Of a stretch of DNA of 64,000 bases, positions 1 to 9,317 are shown piece after piece. The notes under the pieces were generated by a model. It saw only the letters and a list, made by a program, of their open reading frames with translations. It was not told where the DNA came from and searched no databases. The position numbers and the translations under genes are program-made. Location of the stretch: contig JAOAKB010000003.1 of the NCBI GenBank assembly GCA_026413865.1, positions 32,480 through 96,479 on the forward strand, in the 5' to 3' direction. Each line of letters begins with the position of its first letter. Position 1 is the first letter of the stretch. This stretch comes from Nitrososphaeria archaeon. Lineage in GTDB: Archaea; Thermoproteota; Nitrososphaeria; JACIWG01.

Positions 1-98
1 CTACATTTTAAAATGAAGGACTATCTTATCCTATGTTTACATTTAATGCTAGTCGTTTTGTTTATATTACTAGTATACTTTTTACATTTATGATGTGA

Positions 99-779
99 AT
101 GGTCTCCATAATAGTTGACTCTAGAGAATCAAAATCCAAAATACCTAATCTGTTAAAATCTATGAATATAGACATTATTTTTAAATTCTTAGAAGTAGGT
201 GATTATATAATTAATCCTGAAACCGCTGTAGAAAGGAAATCAGTTAAGGACTTTGTCTCTTCACTATTTGATGGTCGTTTATTTAATCAAATAGAACAAT
301 TATCTTCCTCTTACACGAATGCTTTTCTTATAATAGAAGGAAATTATAATGAAGTAGAATCCTATATGAAGAATCCTAAGGTAGTACAATGTGCCATTGC
401 CTCTCTTCTTATAAACTATAAAATAAAGCTAATTAACTCATATTCTGAAGACGAAACAGCCTTGTTCTTATCTTGTCTATTAAATACTACTCCTAGTAAA
501 AGGGGTGAATACTTTATTAAACACGCTAAGAAAAAGGATTTTCTTGGGCAACAGATATATTTAATTTCTTCTCTTCCAGGTATTGGCTATAAAACTGCTG
601 TGAATCTTTTAAAACATTTTGGCTCCCCCAAAAATATTTTTCTTGCATCAGTTAAAGAACTTTCTAAGGTTCCTGGAATGGGATTAAAAAGGGCTCGTAG
701 GATAAGATTACTTTTAGATACTAATGTAAAATTATATGAGCAGTTTTTTAAAAATCGAGCAAATAACCTTTTTATCTAA
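99..779 (+). CDS. xpf: short XPF/ERCC4-type structure-specific nuclease (nuclease domain + HhH2, no helicase domain)
   Basis: GDY...ERK ERCC4 motif (VGDYIINPETAVERKSVKDF). C-terminal helix-hairpin-helix pair (LPGIGYKTAVNLL...VPGMGLKRA). 226 aa is the short crenarchaeal/thaumarchaeal form. In-frame TGA lies immediately upstream of the ATG. Confidence 0.6.
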   Translation: MVSIIVDSRESKSKIPNLLKSMNIDIIFKFLEVGDYIINPETAVERKSVKDFVSSLFDGRLFNQIEQLSSSYTNAFLIIEGNYNEVESYMKNPKVVQCAIASLLINYKIKLINSYSEDETALFLSCLLNTTPSKRGEYFIKHAKKKDFLGQQIYLISSLPGIGYKTAVNLLKHFGSPKNIFLASVKELSKVPGMGLKRARRIRLLLDTNVKLYEQFFKNRANNLFI

Positions 780-799
780 TATATTGTTAACCTAAAAAT

Positions 800-1402
800 A
801 TGAGCAGTAACGTACAAAGTATTAAGGAACGTGCTATACTTTTATCTGAGCTTGTAAAAGAAAATTTATCTCAAGTAAATGAAGAAGAATTAAGAATTTT
901 TGTTGAAATGTTAAAATCGCATAAAAGTAGCAAAATTCTAATAATGGGCGCTGGACGAAGTGGTCTTGTTGGGCGTGCTTTTGCAATGCGTCTACTTCAT
1001 TTAGGCTTTAATGCTTATGTTTTAGGTGATACTATTGTTCCATCAATTTCTAAAGAAGACCTTGTTATAGCAATTTCCGGTTCAGGTTCAACAAAGCTTA
1101 TAGTTACGGCTGCAGAAGCGGCAAAGCAAGTAGGTGCAAAAATTATATCAATAACTTCCTATGCTTCTTCTCCTTTAGGTAAACTTTCCAATCATATCGT
1201 ACTTTTAAAAGGACGAATTGAAGTTTCTCCTAGAGATTATTTTGCTAGACAAATATTAGGCCTTCATGAACCTCTCGCTCCACTAGGAACCCTTTTTGAG
1301 GATAGTGCATTATTTTTGCTGGATTCAATAATAGCCACACTTATTGCTGAATTTCATGTAACAGAATCAGATATGAAAGAAAGGCATGCTAATATTGAAT
1401 AA
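800..1402 (+). CDS. SIS-domain sugar-phosphate isomerase, 6-phospho-3-hexuloisomerase-like
   Basis: About 200 aa single SIS domain ([20 protein letters not shown]...AISGSGST), as in archaeal PHI/HxlB. Confidence 0.5.
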   Translation: MSSNVQSIKERAILLSELVKENLSQVNEEELRIFVEMLKSHKSSKILIMGAGRSGLVGRAFAMRLLHLGFNAYVLGDTIVPSISKEDLVIAISGSGSTKLIVTAAEAAKQVGAKIISITSYASSPLGKLSNHIVLLKGRIEVSPRDYFARQILGLHEPLAPLGTLFEDSALFLLDSIIATLIAEFHVTESDMKERHANIE

Positions 1403-1439
1403 AAATAAATCAAATTAGTTAAAAACAAGATCATTTTAC

Positions 1440-1448
1440 TTTATATAA
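1440..1448 (+). promoter_or_regulatory. TATA-like box upstream of EF-2 exon 1
   Basis: TTTATATAA about 66-74 nt upstream of the ATG at 1514. No experimental support. Confidence 0.25.
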
Positions 1449-1513
1449 TTATCTTACATAGTTTTTCCAAAATCTTTTAAAAGGGTTTTTCTAGTGGTTT
1501 AGTGTGGTTCAAT

Positions 1514-3738
1514 ATGCCCAGGTATAAAACTACCGCAGAAGCATTAAAAATCATAGGCAACAAGGACCAGATTCGAAAGGTTTAGAGTAAAAATCCCTAA
1601 ACCCGAATAATCTGGGTGTTGTTGCCCATGTTGATCATGGAAAAACTACAATGAGTGATAGCTTGCTTGCTGCTTGTGGTATGCTTAGTCCTGCTCTTGC
1701 TGGTCAAGCTCTTGCCCTAGATTATATGGATCTTGAACAACAACGACAAATGACGATTAAAGCAGCAAATGTCACACTCTATTATGAATACGAAAATGTT
1801 CCATACGTTATAAATCTAATAGACACTCCAGGGCACATTGACTTCACTGGTAGAGTGACAAGAAGTTTACGTGCAATTGATGGTGCTGTTGTAGTTTGTG
1901 ATGCTGTTGAAGGTATAATGACACAAACCGAAACAGTAACCCGTCAGGCATTAGAAGAAAGGGTTCGTCCTGTTTTATATATAAATAAAATTGATAGGCT
2001 AATTAAGGAATTGAAACTTACTCCTGATAAGATGCAAGCTTGGCTTGCAAATATAGTTAATGAATTCAATAATCTAATAGATATTTATGCTGAACCTGAA
2101 TTTAAATCTAAGTGGAAAGTAAGTATACAAGATAGTAGTGTTGCATTTGGTTCAGCAAAGGATCGCTGGGGTTTCAATTTTATGATTGCTCAAAAGAAAG
2201 GAGTACGCTTTAGTGACATATATAAGGCATATGAAACTGGAGACGTGAAAACGTTAGCTGAAAACATACCATTACATGATGCTATTCTCTCAATGGTGAT
2301 AAGGCATCATCCTCCTCCTCATGTTGCGCAAAAATATCGTATTCCAAAAATATGGAAAGGTGACCTAAACTCTGAGGTCGGTCAAGCTCTTTTGAATTGT
2401 GATGAAAAAGGACCTACCGTTATGATGGTCACAAATGTTGTGGTTGACCCACAGGCTGGTGTAGTTGCTGTCGGTAGACTCTTTTCTGGCACAGTACACG
2501 ATGGAGACATACTTTATTTGCATAATGCAAAAACGCATGCTCGTGTACAATCAGTAAGTATGTTTATGGGGCCATTTAGGGAAATTGTTGGTGTTCTTAC
2601 AGCAGGAAATATTCCTGCTTTATTGGGCTTAGATGCTGCAAGAGCAGGTGAAACGTTATCGTCAATAAAGGATATCGTTCCATTTGAACAGATACGTTAT
2701 GTTTCAGAACCTGTAGTAACAATTGCAATAGAACCTAAATATCCCCGAGATCTGCCTAAACTTATTGAAACATTAAGGCGATTATCAATTGAGGATCCTA
2801 ATCTTGTAATCAAAATTAATGAGGAAACTGGTGAAATGCTAATGTCTGGTATGGGTGTATTGCATTTAGAAATAGCCACGACACTTATTACTCAAACTGG
2901 TTTGGAGATAGTGACTACACCACCACTTATAAACTATCGTGAGACTATAAGAGCGTCCGCTGGACCGGTTATGGCCAAGTCTCCAAATAAGCATAATCGT
3001 ATATTTATGCGTGTAGAACCTTTAACACCTGAAGTTATTGAATTAATACGAAATAATACTATTAATGAACAACTTGATAGAAAAACTATAGCAAAAATAT
3101 TGAGAGATCATGGATGGGATGCTGATGAAGCAAGGAATGTGGTTGCTGTTGATCCTAGAGGTAATCTATTTGTTGACGCTACAAAAGGTGTTCAATTTAT
3201 GCAGGAATCAATTGACTCAATAAGGGTTGGCTTTTTTGATGTAATGGAGAACGGGCCTTTAGCCCAAGAACCATGTAGGGGCGTCAAAGTTGTTCTACAT
3301 CATGCAGAATTTCACGAAGACCCTGCTCACAGAACTTATGCTCAGCTTTTGCCAGCCTCTAGACGTGCAATTTTAGGCGCCATGCTTCTAGCAAATCCAA
3401 CTTTACTAGAACCTGTGTTGGGTATAGAAATAAAAGCAAATAGTGATCTAATTGGCGCTGTTGCTGGAGTAATTTCTGCTAGGAGAGGAAAAATGTTAAA
3501 TGTTGAACAGAAGGGTGTCCTTACAATAATAGAAGGTGTAATACCTGCGGCAGAGACATTTGATTTAAGTGAAGCCATGAGGGGTGCAACTGCAGGCAAA
3601 GCTATGTGGAACACGCACTTTAAAGAATGGAGCCCAGTTCCCTCAAACATCCTTCCACAGCTTGTTGCATCTATTAGAAAGAGAAAAGGCTTAAACGAAA
3701 CCCCGCCTTCGCCAGAAGAATTTATAGACAAAGAATAA
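1514..3738 (+). CDS. fusA: translation elongation factor 2 (aEF-2), interrupted by a 32-nt BHB-type intron (exon 1 1514..1577, exon 2 1610..3738)
   Basis: Frame-2 ORF from ATG 1514 encodes MPRYKTTAEALKIIGNKDQIR, the conserved crenarchaeal-type aEF-2 N-terminus, then hits a stop at 1583. The G1 P-loop (N)[13 protein letters not shown] is encoded in frame 1 from 1609, with no start codon between the frame-1 stop at 1594 and the motif. The called ORF start (MSDSLL at 1651) lies downstream of the P-loop. Splicing out 1578..1609 yields [26 protein letters not shown]..., colinear with archaeal EF-2. The remaining 695 aa are a full-length EF-2. Confidence 0.8.
1578..1609 (+). other. predicted bulge-helix-bulge (hBHBh') intron within the EF-2 coding sequence
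   Basis: H1 1567-1571 CCAGA pairs 1611-1615 TCTGG. 3-nt bulge TAA at 1608-1610. Central 4-bp helix 1572-1575 TTCG pairs 1604-1607 CGAA. 3-nt bulge AAA at 1576-1578. H3 1579-1585 GGTTTAG pairs 1597-1603 CTAAACC, with an 11-nt loop. Cleavage after the 2nd nt of each bulge removes 32 nt and restores the frame. Confidence 0.6.
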
Positions 3739-3743
3739 GGTTC

Positions 3744-4037
3744 CTAAATATATCCTTTCCTATAATCTTCTTTTTCAACTTTTTCTAATGTTATAAAAAA
3801 ATCTTTGAGTACACGGGTAAGCTTATTGTCCTCAAGACTTATAATCCTTATTTTACCAAACCTTTTTTGTCTAATTATTCCTTCATTTTCTAATTCAAAA
3901 AGATACCTTTCCACAAACTTATATGATATTCTAGTCTTTCTGATCAAAGCTGAAATATTTATTTCATCTTCTTCTAAAAGAATTTTTAAAATTTTAAATT
4001 TACTCTTGCTATTAAAAAAGGTTAAACTCTCATTCAT
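3744..4037 (-). CDS. small winged-helix (ArsR/TrmB-like) DNA-binding protein, translationally coupled to orc1/cdc6
   Basis: 97 aa. Helix-turn-helix pattern INISALIRKTRISYKFVERYLFELENEGIIRQKRFGK. Its start overlaps the orc1 stop by 4 nt (ATGA overlap). Confidence 0.45.
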   Translation of the reverse strand: MNESLTFFNSKSKFKILKILLEEDEINISALIRKTRISYKFVERYLFELENEGIIRQKRFGKIRIISLEDNKLTRVLKDFFITLEKVEKEDYRKGYI

Positions 4038-5200
4038 AATTCTAATCTCTCTTTTATTTCATTATAGAGTTGTTCAGCTGGAATATTTAATAAGCTAATT
4101 AAAGTTGTTCTTCCCCTAGGTTCTGTACTTGTTACTGTTGCACTTATAATCTCTTTTTGACTTAAATTTTTTATTTTTAACCAAAACTGGGTATGTTTTA
4201 AAGCCTCTTTCCCAAATTTTTTACACATATTCTCATATTCTTGTTCTAAAATCTTTAGAGTAACATAACTATCTAATTGTTCTTTTAAGAGTTTAGTTAA
4301 TGCTAACAAAATTATTTTCTCATGGATATCTAAATAATTTAATTCTTCTTTTCTTATCTGAGGAGGTAATTGTAGTCTTGCTTCTCTAACATGTTCTGGT
4401 CTAACTTTTCTTTCCCCTCTGAATTCTGCAATTCTTCCTGAAAGTTGGAGGAGTTCTATAGCATATCTTGCATCTCCATATTTTGATGCAAGCTTAGAAA
4501 TTAATTCTATAGTTTCATTTTCTACTGTGTCTTCTTCAAAGGCTATTATAACACGGTCATAAACTATATCCTTAAGTTGTGATTCATTGTATGATTCAAG
4601 TTTAATTATATTCTTTTGAATGGAACTTAATATACTTTGGTCTGCTTTATCTAAATAAGAAAAAGATTTACTCACAATAATTGAAGATAGTATCTGATTT
4701 TCTGTTCCCATTTCTCTAATTCTTGTTATTATATATAATGGTTCTATTCCCTCATGAGAAATAAGGGCGTCGAATTCGTCAAAAACTGCTATCACATGTA
4801 CTTTTTCTTCATTTAATTTTAATATAAAATATTGTACAATTTCGTCTAAAGAGAATCCTCTAGTTGGGAACGAGTGGCCTATAGTAGAAAGAATACTATT
4901 TAATATACTTCCAAACACCTTATTAACTCTACAATTTGTGTAAAAGGTCTTTAATCTTATATCATAGAAACTATATTGTTCAGTCACATGTTGAAGAAAT
5001 TTTTTAGAAATAAGAGTTTTTCCACTTCCTACTGCTCCTACTATAAAGACTTGTTGACTATTCCTTTTAGGATCTTGCAGTACTGTCTTAAAATATCTTC
5101 TTAATTCATTTAATTCCCTCTCTCTATGTGGTATTCTTTTAGGAATATACTCTGGAGAAAGTTTATTTTCATCTTTAAATATTCGATATTCTTCTATCAT
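4034..5200 (-). CDS. orc1: Orc1/Cdc6 replication initiator (AAA+ ATPase with C-terminal winged helix)
   Basis: Walker A GAVGSGKT, Walker B VIAVFDEFD, typical 388 aa Orc1/Cdc6 layout. Confidence 0.85.
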   Translation of the reverse strand: MIEEYRIFKDENKLSPEYIPKRIPHRERELNELRRYFKTVLQDPKRNSQQVFIVGAVGSGKTLISKKFLQHVTEQYSFYDIRLKTFYTNCRVNKVFGSILNSILSTIGHSFPTRGFSLDEIVQYFILKLNEEKVHVIAVFDEFDALISHEGIEPLYIITRIREMGTENQILSSIIVSKSFSYLDKADQSILSSIQKNIIKLESYNESQLKDIVYDRVIIAFEEDTVENETIELISKLASKYGDARYAIELLQLSGRIAEFRGERKVRPEHVREARLQLPPQIRKEELNYLDIHEKIILLALTKLLKEQLDSYVTLKILEQEYENMCKKFGKEALKHTQFWLKIKNLSQKEIISATVTSTEPRGRTTLISLLNIPAEQLYNEIKERLEL

Positions 5201-5412
5201 CTTTGCATAAAGATAATTTAAACAATTATTTAACTATAACTTTAGTTTTGTTGTATAAAAAATAGAGAGAGGTAGGTGAAAATAATTTTTTGGGCTCTGA
5301 ACTCAAGATCTCTCTCATAAGCTTCGAACCCCCTTTTCTTCATCGCCCAACAAAATCTATTTAAAAAACTAATTTATAGCCCTTATGTTAAAAATAATAT
5401 CCTGGGGATAAT

Positions 5413-5832
5413 ATGGTGGAAATTAATCTAACAGTACACCTTAATAAGGTAAGGACCTTTTTGATAAATAGTACTTGTCGTTCTTTTATGCCAAAAAGCT
5501 ACATTCGAAACCCTGATATATTTCCAGAAAAAGAAGAAGGTCCAGGTGCAATATATATAGAAGCAGTTGATAAAGTAACTCTTACAAAAATGTATGGTAT
5601 AACATTTGTTAATGCAAAAGATGTACTTGGAATAATATATGTGTCTAAAAGTGGTAATACAAGATTAAAATGGCGCCAAATTAGTGGAAAAATAGGAAAA
5701 TTAACTGGCGTTGCTTCAGCAAATTCGATTGCAAATTTAATAGATTCGGGCATATTAACTAAAGAGCAAATAGAAAGTATGCTCACTAAAGAGGGGGGAA
5801 CTTCCTCCCCCGAATTTCAGCAGGCAAGTTAG
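5413..5832 (+). CDS. hypothetical protein (start uncertain, possibly Met27 at 5491)
   Basis: ORF only; no recognisable motif. 3' end overlaps the convergent MBL gene by about 47 nt. Confidence 0.25.
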   Translation: MVEINLTVHLNKVRTFLINSTCRSFMPKSYIRNPDIFPEKEEGPGAIYIEAVDKVTLTKMYGITFVNAKDVLGIIYVSKSGNTRLKWRQISGKIGKLTGVASANSIANLIDSGILTKEQIESMLTKEGGTSSPEFQQAS

Positions 5833-6802
5833 CCCAGTGAATAAATTCTTTACTAGGCTCATCTTTTGAATATAGTTCCATTCGTTTTGCCTCAAGCAAC
5901 TGGTTATCTTTTCCTTGAAATTCTGCAAAAGTCCTTACTTGGTGTTTGAATTCTTTTGCCCTATTCTTTAAATTTTCTATAAAGGCTATTGCTTTAATAT
6001 CCCTTAAAATGTGATGATCGATTATCATCAATTTTGTTTCTTCAACAAGTTTTAAAAGATTACTTTTTGCAATAATATAATTTTTTTCTTCAAAACTATT
6101 AAGATATGTCGGTGGTCCTCCAATAACTAATATGTCTGGACACTCTTCTAAAATAAATCTAAATGTGTAATCAGAAATTGCCCCTTGAATATCGGATGTA
6201 TGAATAAATGTTAAATCCCTACTCCTTATGATAGTAGCTAAAACATATCCTAATTTACTATTTTCTTCACCGTGAAATAAAGGTTTACTAAATTGTAATG
6301 TGGTTCCACCGTAATAAAAATTTTTTTCATCAGCTTTAATAATTTTTTTAGCAATACCTAAAGCAGCCTTATTGAATAGTCGCCCTCTTACTTTTTGGCT
6401 AAAATTAATATTTCTTTCAAAATCTTTGATATATATAATTTTATCATAGTAAATCTCTCTTGCAACATTTTGGTCACTCCATGTCCAGACAGTATCGGTT
6501 TCTTCAAAAAATGGTGAAAAATGATCAAAATGATAATGTGATACAACAATTGCTTCGCAACGTTCTGCGTGCTCTCTAATAATTTTTCTAGCCCTTTCTA
6601 AAGCTCGATACTCTAATGGGTGAGGTACCTGTCCAAAACGGGGTGCTAATGCACATCCAGCGTCTATTAAAAGTTTCAAATCAGGTGTTTCAACATATGT
6701 TGCTGTAGATCTTACACCCAAACTTTCAGCACAAAGGGGTCTTACTAATATCTTCAACCACAAGAGGCTACTAAAAGGTATAAAATTAATTTTTATTTCC
6801 AC
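5786..6802 (-). CDS. metallo-beta-lactamase-fold hydrolase
   Basis: HxHxDH zinc motif (VVSHYHFDHF) plus downstream Asp/His-containing segments. Confidence 0.6.
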   Translation of the reverse strand: MEIKINFIPFSSLLWLKILVRPLCAESLGVRSTATYVETPDLKLLIDAGCALAPRFGQVPHPLEYRALERARKIIREHAERCEAIVVSHYHFDHFSPFFEETDTVWTWSDQNVAREIYYDKIIYIKDFERNINFSQKVRGRLFNKAALGIAKKIIKADEKNFYYGGTTLQFSKPLFHGEENSKLGYVLATIIRSRDLTFIHTSDIQGAISDYTFRFILEECPDILVIGGPPTYLNSFEEKNYIIAKSNLLKLVEETKLMIIDHHILRDIKAIAFIENLKNRAKEFKHQVRTFAEFQGKDNQLLEAKRMELYSKDEPSKEFIHWANLPAEIRGRKFPPL

Positions 6803-6830
6803 CCTTTTTAAATAGATATGGTGGTAGAAA

Positions 6831-7160
6831 ATGGTATTAGTGAAAGTGTTTAGAATAACAAGCTATACTGCACCAGATACAGGCGAACCTGGAAAACAGA
6901 TAGAATTAGTTGAAGTAAGGAGTCAACCATTTATGTCACATCAATATGGTGATGAAACAGCAAGAATAGCTCAATCTATATTTACTCAAATACAATCAAT
7001 GGGTCTCTTCCCTCCAGTTCCAAAAGAAATCAATTATCCAAAAGTTATCTTATTTTTAACAGAAAAAGAATTCGATCAACTTGGGATACCCATGAATGTT
7101 AATGATACATATGAAATGATTTTAGAAAAAGAAAAAATTATATTTAAGTTGCCAGAATAA
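6831..7160 (+). CDS. hypothetical small protein (109 aa)
   Basis: ORF only, no recognised motif. Confidence 0.35.
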   Translation: MVLVKVFRITSYTAPDTGEPGKQIELVEVRSQPFMSHQYGDETARIAQSIFTQIQSMGLFPPVPKEINYPKVILFLTEKEFDQLGIPMNVNDTYEMILEKEKIIFKLPE

Positions 7161-7172
7161 GATAATAAAATT

Positions 7173-7246
7173 GCGGCGTTGATCTAGTGGTCTAAGATGC
7201 CAGCCCCCCAAGCTGGATATCCCGGGTTCAAATCCCGGACGCCGCA
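7173..7246 (+). tRNA. tRNA-Gly(CCC)
   Basis: Cloverleaf by hand: acceptor GCGGCGT/ACGCCGC, D-stem ATCT/AGAT, anticodon stem CCAGC/GCTGG, loop CCCCCAA (anticodon CCC; position 33 reads C), T-arm CCGGG-TTCAAAT-CCCGG, discriminator A, no encoded CCA. Confidence 0.65.
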
Positions 7247-7443
7247 TACCCTTCTCTAGTTTGTGATACAGCGTTCTATTAAATAAGCCTGATCGTTACA
7301 CAAGTAAGGGACTGAAGCATGTGTCCGGTCCGTAGATGAAGTCAAATTTTGCGTGAGCAAAAGGGTAAAAGCTTCAACTTACTATTATAATACACTTTCT
7401 TGTAGGTTGCTCTTAATTTGTGTAAACTATATAATAAAAAGTT

Positions 7444-8184
7444 CTACTGTTGTATAATCTTATCTTTCAATTTTTCTATAGCGTACGATATTTTTGTGTT
7501 AATAATATTTTCTTTTCTTTCATCGCAAACCTCTTTTATTCTGTTAATCATTTTTTCAATTTGAATATCTGACCTATACCATTTAATTATGTCTGATACT
7601 TTTTTGGCTGCTTTTGTAACATTATATCCAACATTATATGAGTTTAAAATTGCCTCTTTATTATCAAGTATGTTTGTTTTGCTATGATGGTAAGCTAGTG
7701 CCCAAGGTGGAATATGTACTCCCATGCTATTAAATGTGACCATCAAGTAGGATATTGCTGTTATAGATCCAGAATCGTTTCCGACGGCTAAAAAACCTGC
7801 AACTTTTCCATCTAAGAGACTTCTTCCGACATGAATGATCATGTTTTCCATACTTGTTAATCTGTCAATTAAATTCTTTAATTGCCCACTAACCATATAC
7901 CAATATAATGGTGTTGCTATGATTAATCCTTGGGCGCTAACAATTTTTTCTCCTAGTTTGTTAAAGTCATCGTCCTTAATTAAGCAAGGGAATTTACAAT
8001 CTTTTGGATTACTGGATACACATCCAAGGCATGGTTTAATATCATATTGATAGAGATGTAAAATCTCTGGTTCTCCTTTTGCATCTAAAACGCCATAATT
8101 TGCGGCTAATAACATTTTTTGGGACCAACCACTATTTCTTGGTGAAGCATTTATTAACAATATTTTGGTTTTCATACCAATCAC
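7444..8184 (-). CDS. iron-sulfur flavoprotein / NADPH-dependent FMN reductase-like (flavodoxin fold)
   Basis: N-terminal LLINASPRNSG-type flavodoxin-like start. Compact Cys motif CLGCVSSNPKDCKFPC typical of Isf-family flavoproteins. Confidence 0.55.
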   Translation of the reverse strand: MIGMKTKILLINASPRNSGWSQKMLLAANYGVLDAKGEPEILHLYQYDIKPCLGCVSSNPKDCKFPCLIKDDDFNKLGEKIVSAQGLIIATPLYWYMVSGQLKNLIDRLTSMENMIIHVGRSLLDGKVAGFLAVGNDSGSITAISYLMVTFNSMGVHIPPWALAYHHSKTNILDNKEAILNSYNVGYNVTKAAKKVSDIIKWYRSDIQIEKMINRIKEVCDERKENIINTKISYAIEKLKDKIIQQ

Positions 8185-8359
8185 CTAGACAGTTTGTAAG
8201 TCTAGGTAGTTGGTTAGCCCTACATACTTCCACCTTAAATTATAAATTTTTTTCCTTAAAATATTTCTTGTCCTCCTTTATTAATAAGATAAAAATTATC
8301 TATTTAACGAATTTCTTTTATACTCCGCCTATTTTACCCCTATCTGGAGTGAGCAAAAA

Positions 8360-8794
8360 TTGGGAATGGTTGACATTTCTAAAAAACCAGTGATTGAAAG
8401 GGAAGCCTTAGCTGAAGGCACTATTTTCCTAAAGCCTGAAACAATAAAGTTAATAAAAGAAAATAAAGTTGAAAAAGGTGATGTTTTGCAAATTTCCTCA
8501 GTATGTGCTTTAAATGCGGTTAAAAAAACTCCTGAACTTGTACCATTCTGTCATCCAATACCTATAGAAAGTGTTAAACCTGAATTTGAAATTGGTGACG
8601 AATATATAAAAGTACGTGTTAAAGTTAAGTCTACTTCAAAAACAGGTGTTGAAATGGAAGCTATTTCCGGTGTTTTAAATGCGCTGTTAAACATATGGGA
8701 TTTAGTGAAAAAATATGAGAAAGATTCTTCTGGAAATTATCCATTTACAAGAATCGAGGGTGTAAGAGTTATAAGTAAGGTGAAATATGAATGA
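8360..8794 (+). CDS. moaC: cyclic pyranopterin monophosphate synthase accessory protein MoaC
   Basis: 144 aa. MoaC-like sequence (DISKKPV...EAISGVLNALLNIWDL). First gene of a moaC-moaB-moaA run. Confidence 0.75.
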   Translation: MGMVDISKKPVIEREALAEGTIFLKPETIKLIKENKVEKGDVLQISSVCALNAVKKTPELVPFCHPIPIESVKPEFEIGDEYIKVRVKVKSTSKTGVEMEAISGVLNALLNIWDLVKKYEKDSSGNYPFTRIEGVRVISKVKYE

Positions 8795-9315
8795 AAAGCT
8801 ACGAGTCCCATCGCTCTTCTTCTCCAACTGAAATTTACTGTTCTGTCATAACAGTAAGTTCGTCGAGATATGAAGAGGCTTCTAAAGGGCATAAAATAGA
8901 TGATTTGTCTGGGCTCAAAATTGTTCAATTTTTGACTAATAAAGGCTATCATATAAGGTCAAGAAAAATTGTTCCCGATAATATTGAGATGATAAGGAAA
9001 GAAACACTTAGATCTATTTATGAAGAAAACTGTGATGTAATAATATTGACAGGAGGGACTGGAATCGCTTCTTCTGATGTAACAGTTGAAGCTCTCTCTC
9101 CTTTATTTATAAAATCGATGCCTGGATTTGGAGAAATTTTCAGAATAAAAAGTTTTGATAAAGCTAAGAGTGCTGCTATAATCTCAAGGGCCACTGCTGG
9201 TATTATATCTGGAAAGATTGTCTTTTGTCTTCCAGGTTCACCAGATGCAGTTGAAATTGCTATGGAAATATTATGTGACGAACTTCCACATATAGTAAAG
9301 CATGCGAGGGAGTAA
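8791..9315 (+). CDS. moaB: molybdopterin adenylyltransferase MoaB/MogA family
   Basis: GGTG motif (ILTGGTGIASSDVT). 174 aa. Start overlaps the moaC stop by 4 nt. Confidence 0.7.
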   Translation: MKSYESHRSSSPTEIYCSVITVSSSRYEEASKGHKIDDLSGLKIVQFLTNKGYHIRSRKIVPDNIEMIRKETLRSIYEENCDVIILTGGTGIASSDVTVEALSPLFIKSMPGFGEIFRIKSFDKAKSAAIISRATAGIISGKIVFCLPGSPDAVEIAMEILCDELPHIVKHARE

Positions 9316-9317
9316 AT

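Noticed and set aside
1578-1609. EF-2 interruption interpreted as a frameshift, pseudogene or sequencing error
   Set aside because: The discontinuity is a 32-nt insertion, not a 1-2 nt indel. It sits exactly between two invariant residues. It folds into a complete BHB with correct bulge sizes and restores frame on canonical cleavage. EF-2 is also essential and otherwise intact. Residual possibility of an assembly artefact is noted under the finding.
2365-3731. Antisense ORFs inside EF-2 (2365..2550, 2697..2879, 3342..3731)
   Set aside because: Entirely embedded in a highly conserved gene on the opposite strand, with low-complexity translations. Typical spurious ORFs.
3805-4098. Plus-strand 97-aa ORF overlapping the wHTH gene and orc1
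   Set aside because: Antisense to two supported genes. Hydrophobic low-complexity translation.
7290-7345. Possible C/D-box sRNA between tRNA-Gly and the flavoprotein gene (CTGA and GATGAAG-like elements)
   Set aside because: Box sequences are imperfect (no RUGAUGA), in the wrong order for a C...D arrangement, and no terminal stem was found.
8079-8393. 104-aa ORF spanning the flavoprotein/moaC intergenic region
   Set aside because: Overlaps the 5' end of the minus-strand flavoprotein gene and the moaC start. Tyr/Phe-rich translation typical of AT-rich non-coding DNA.
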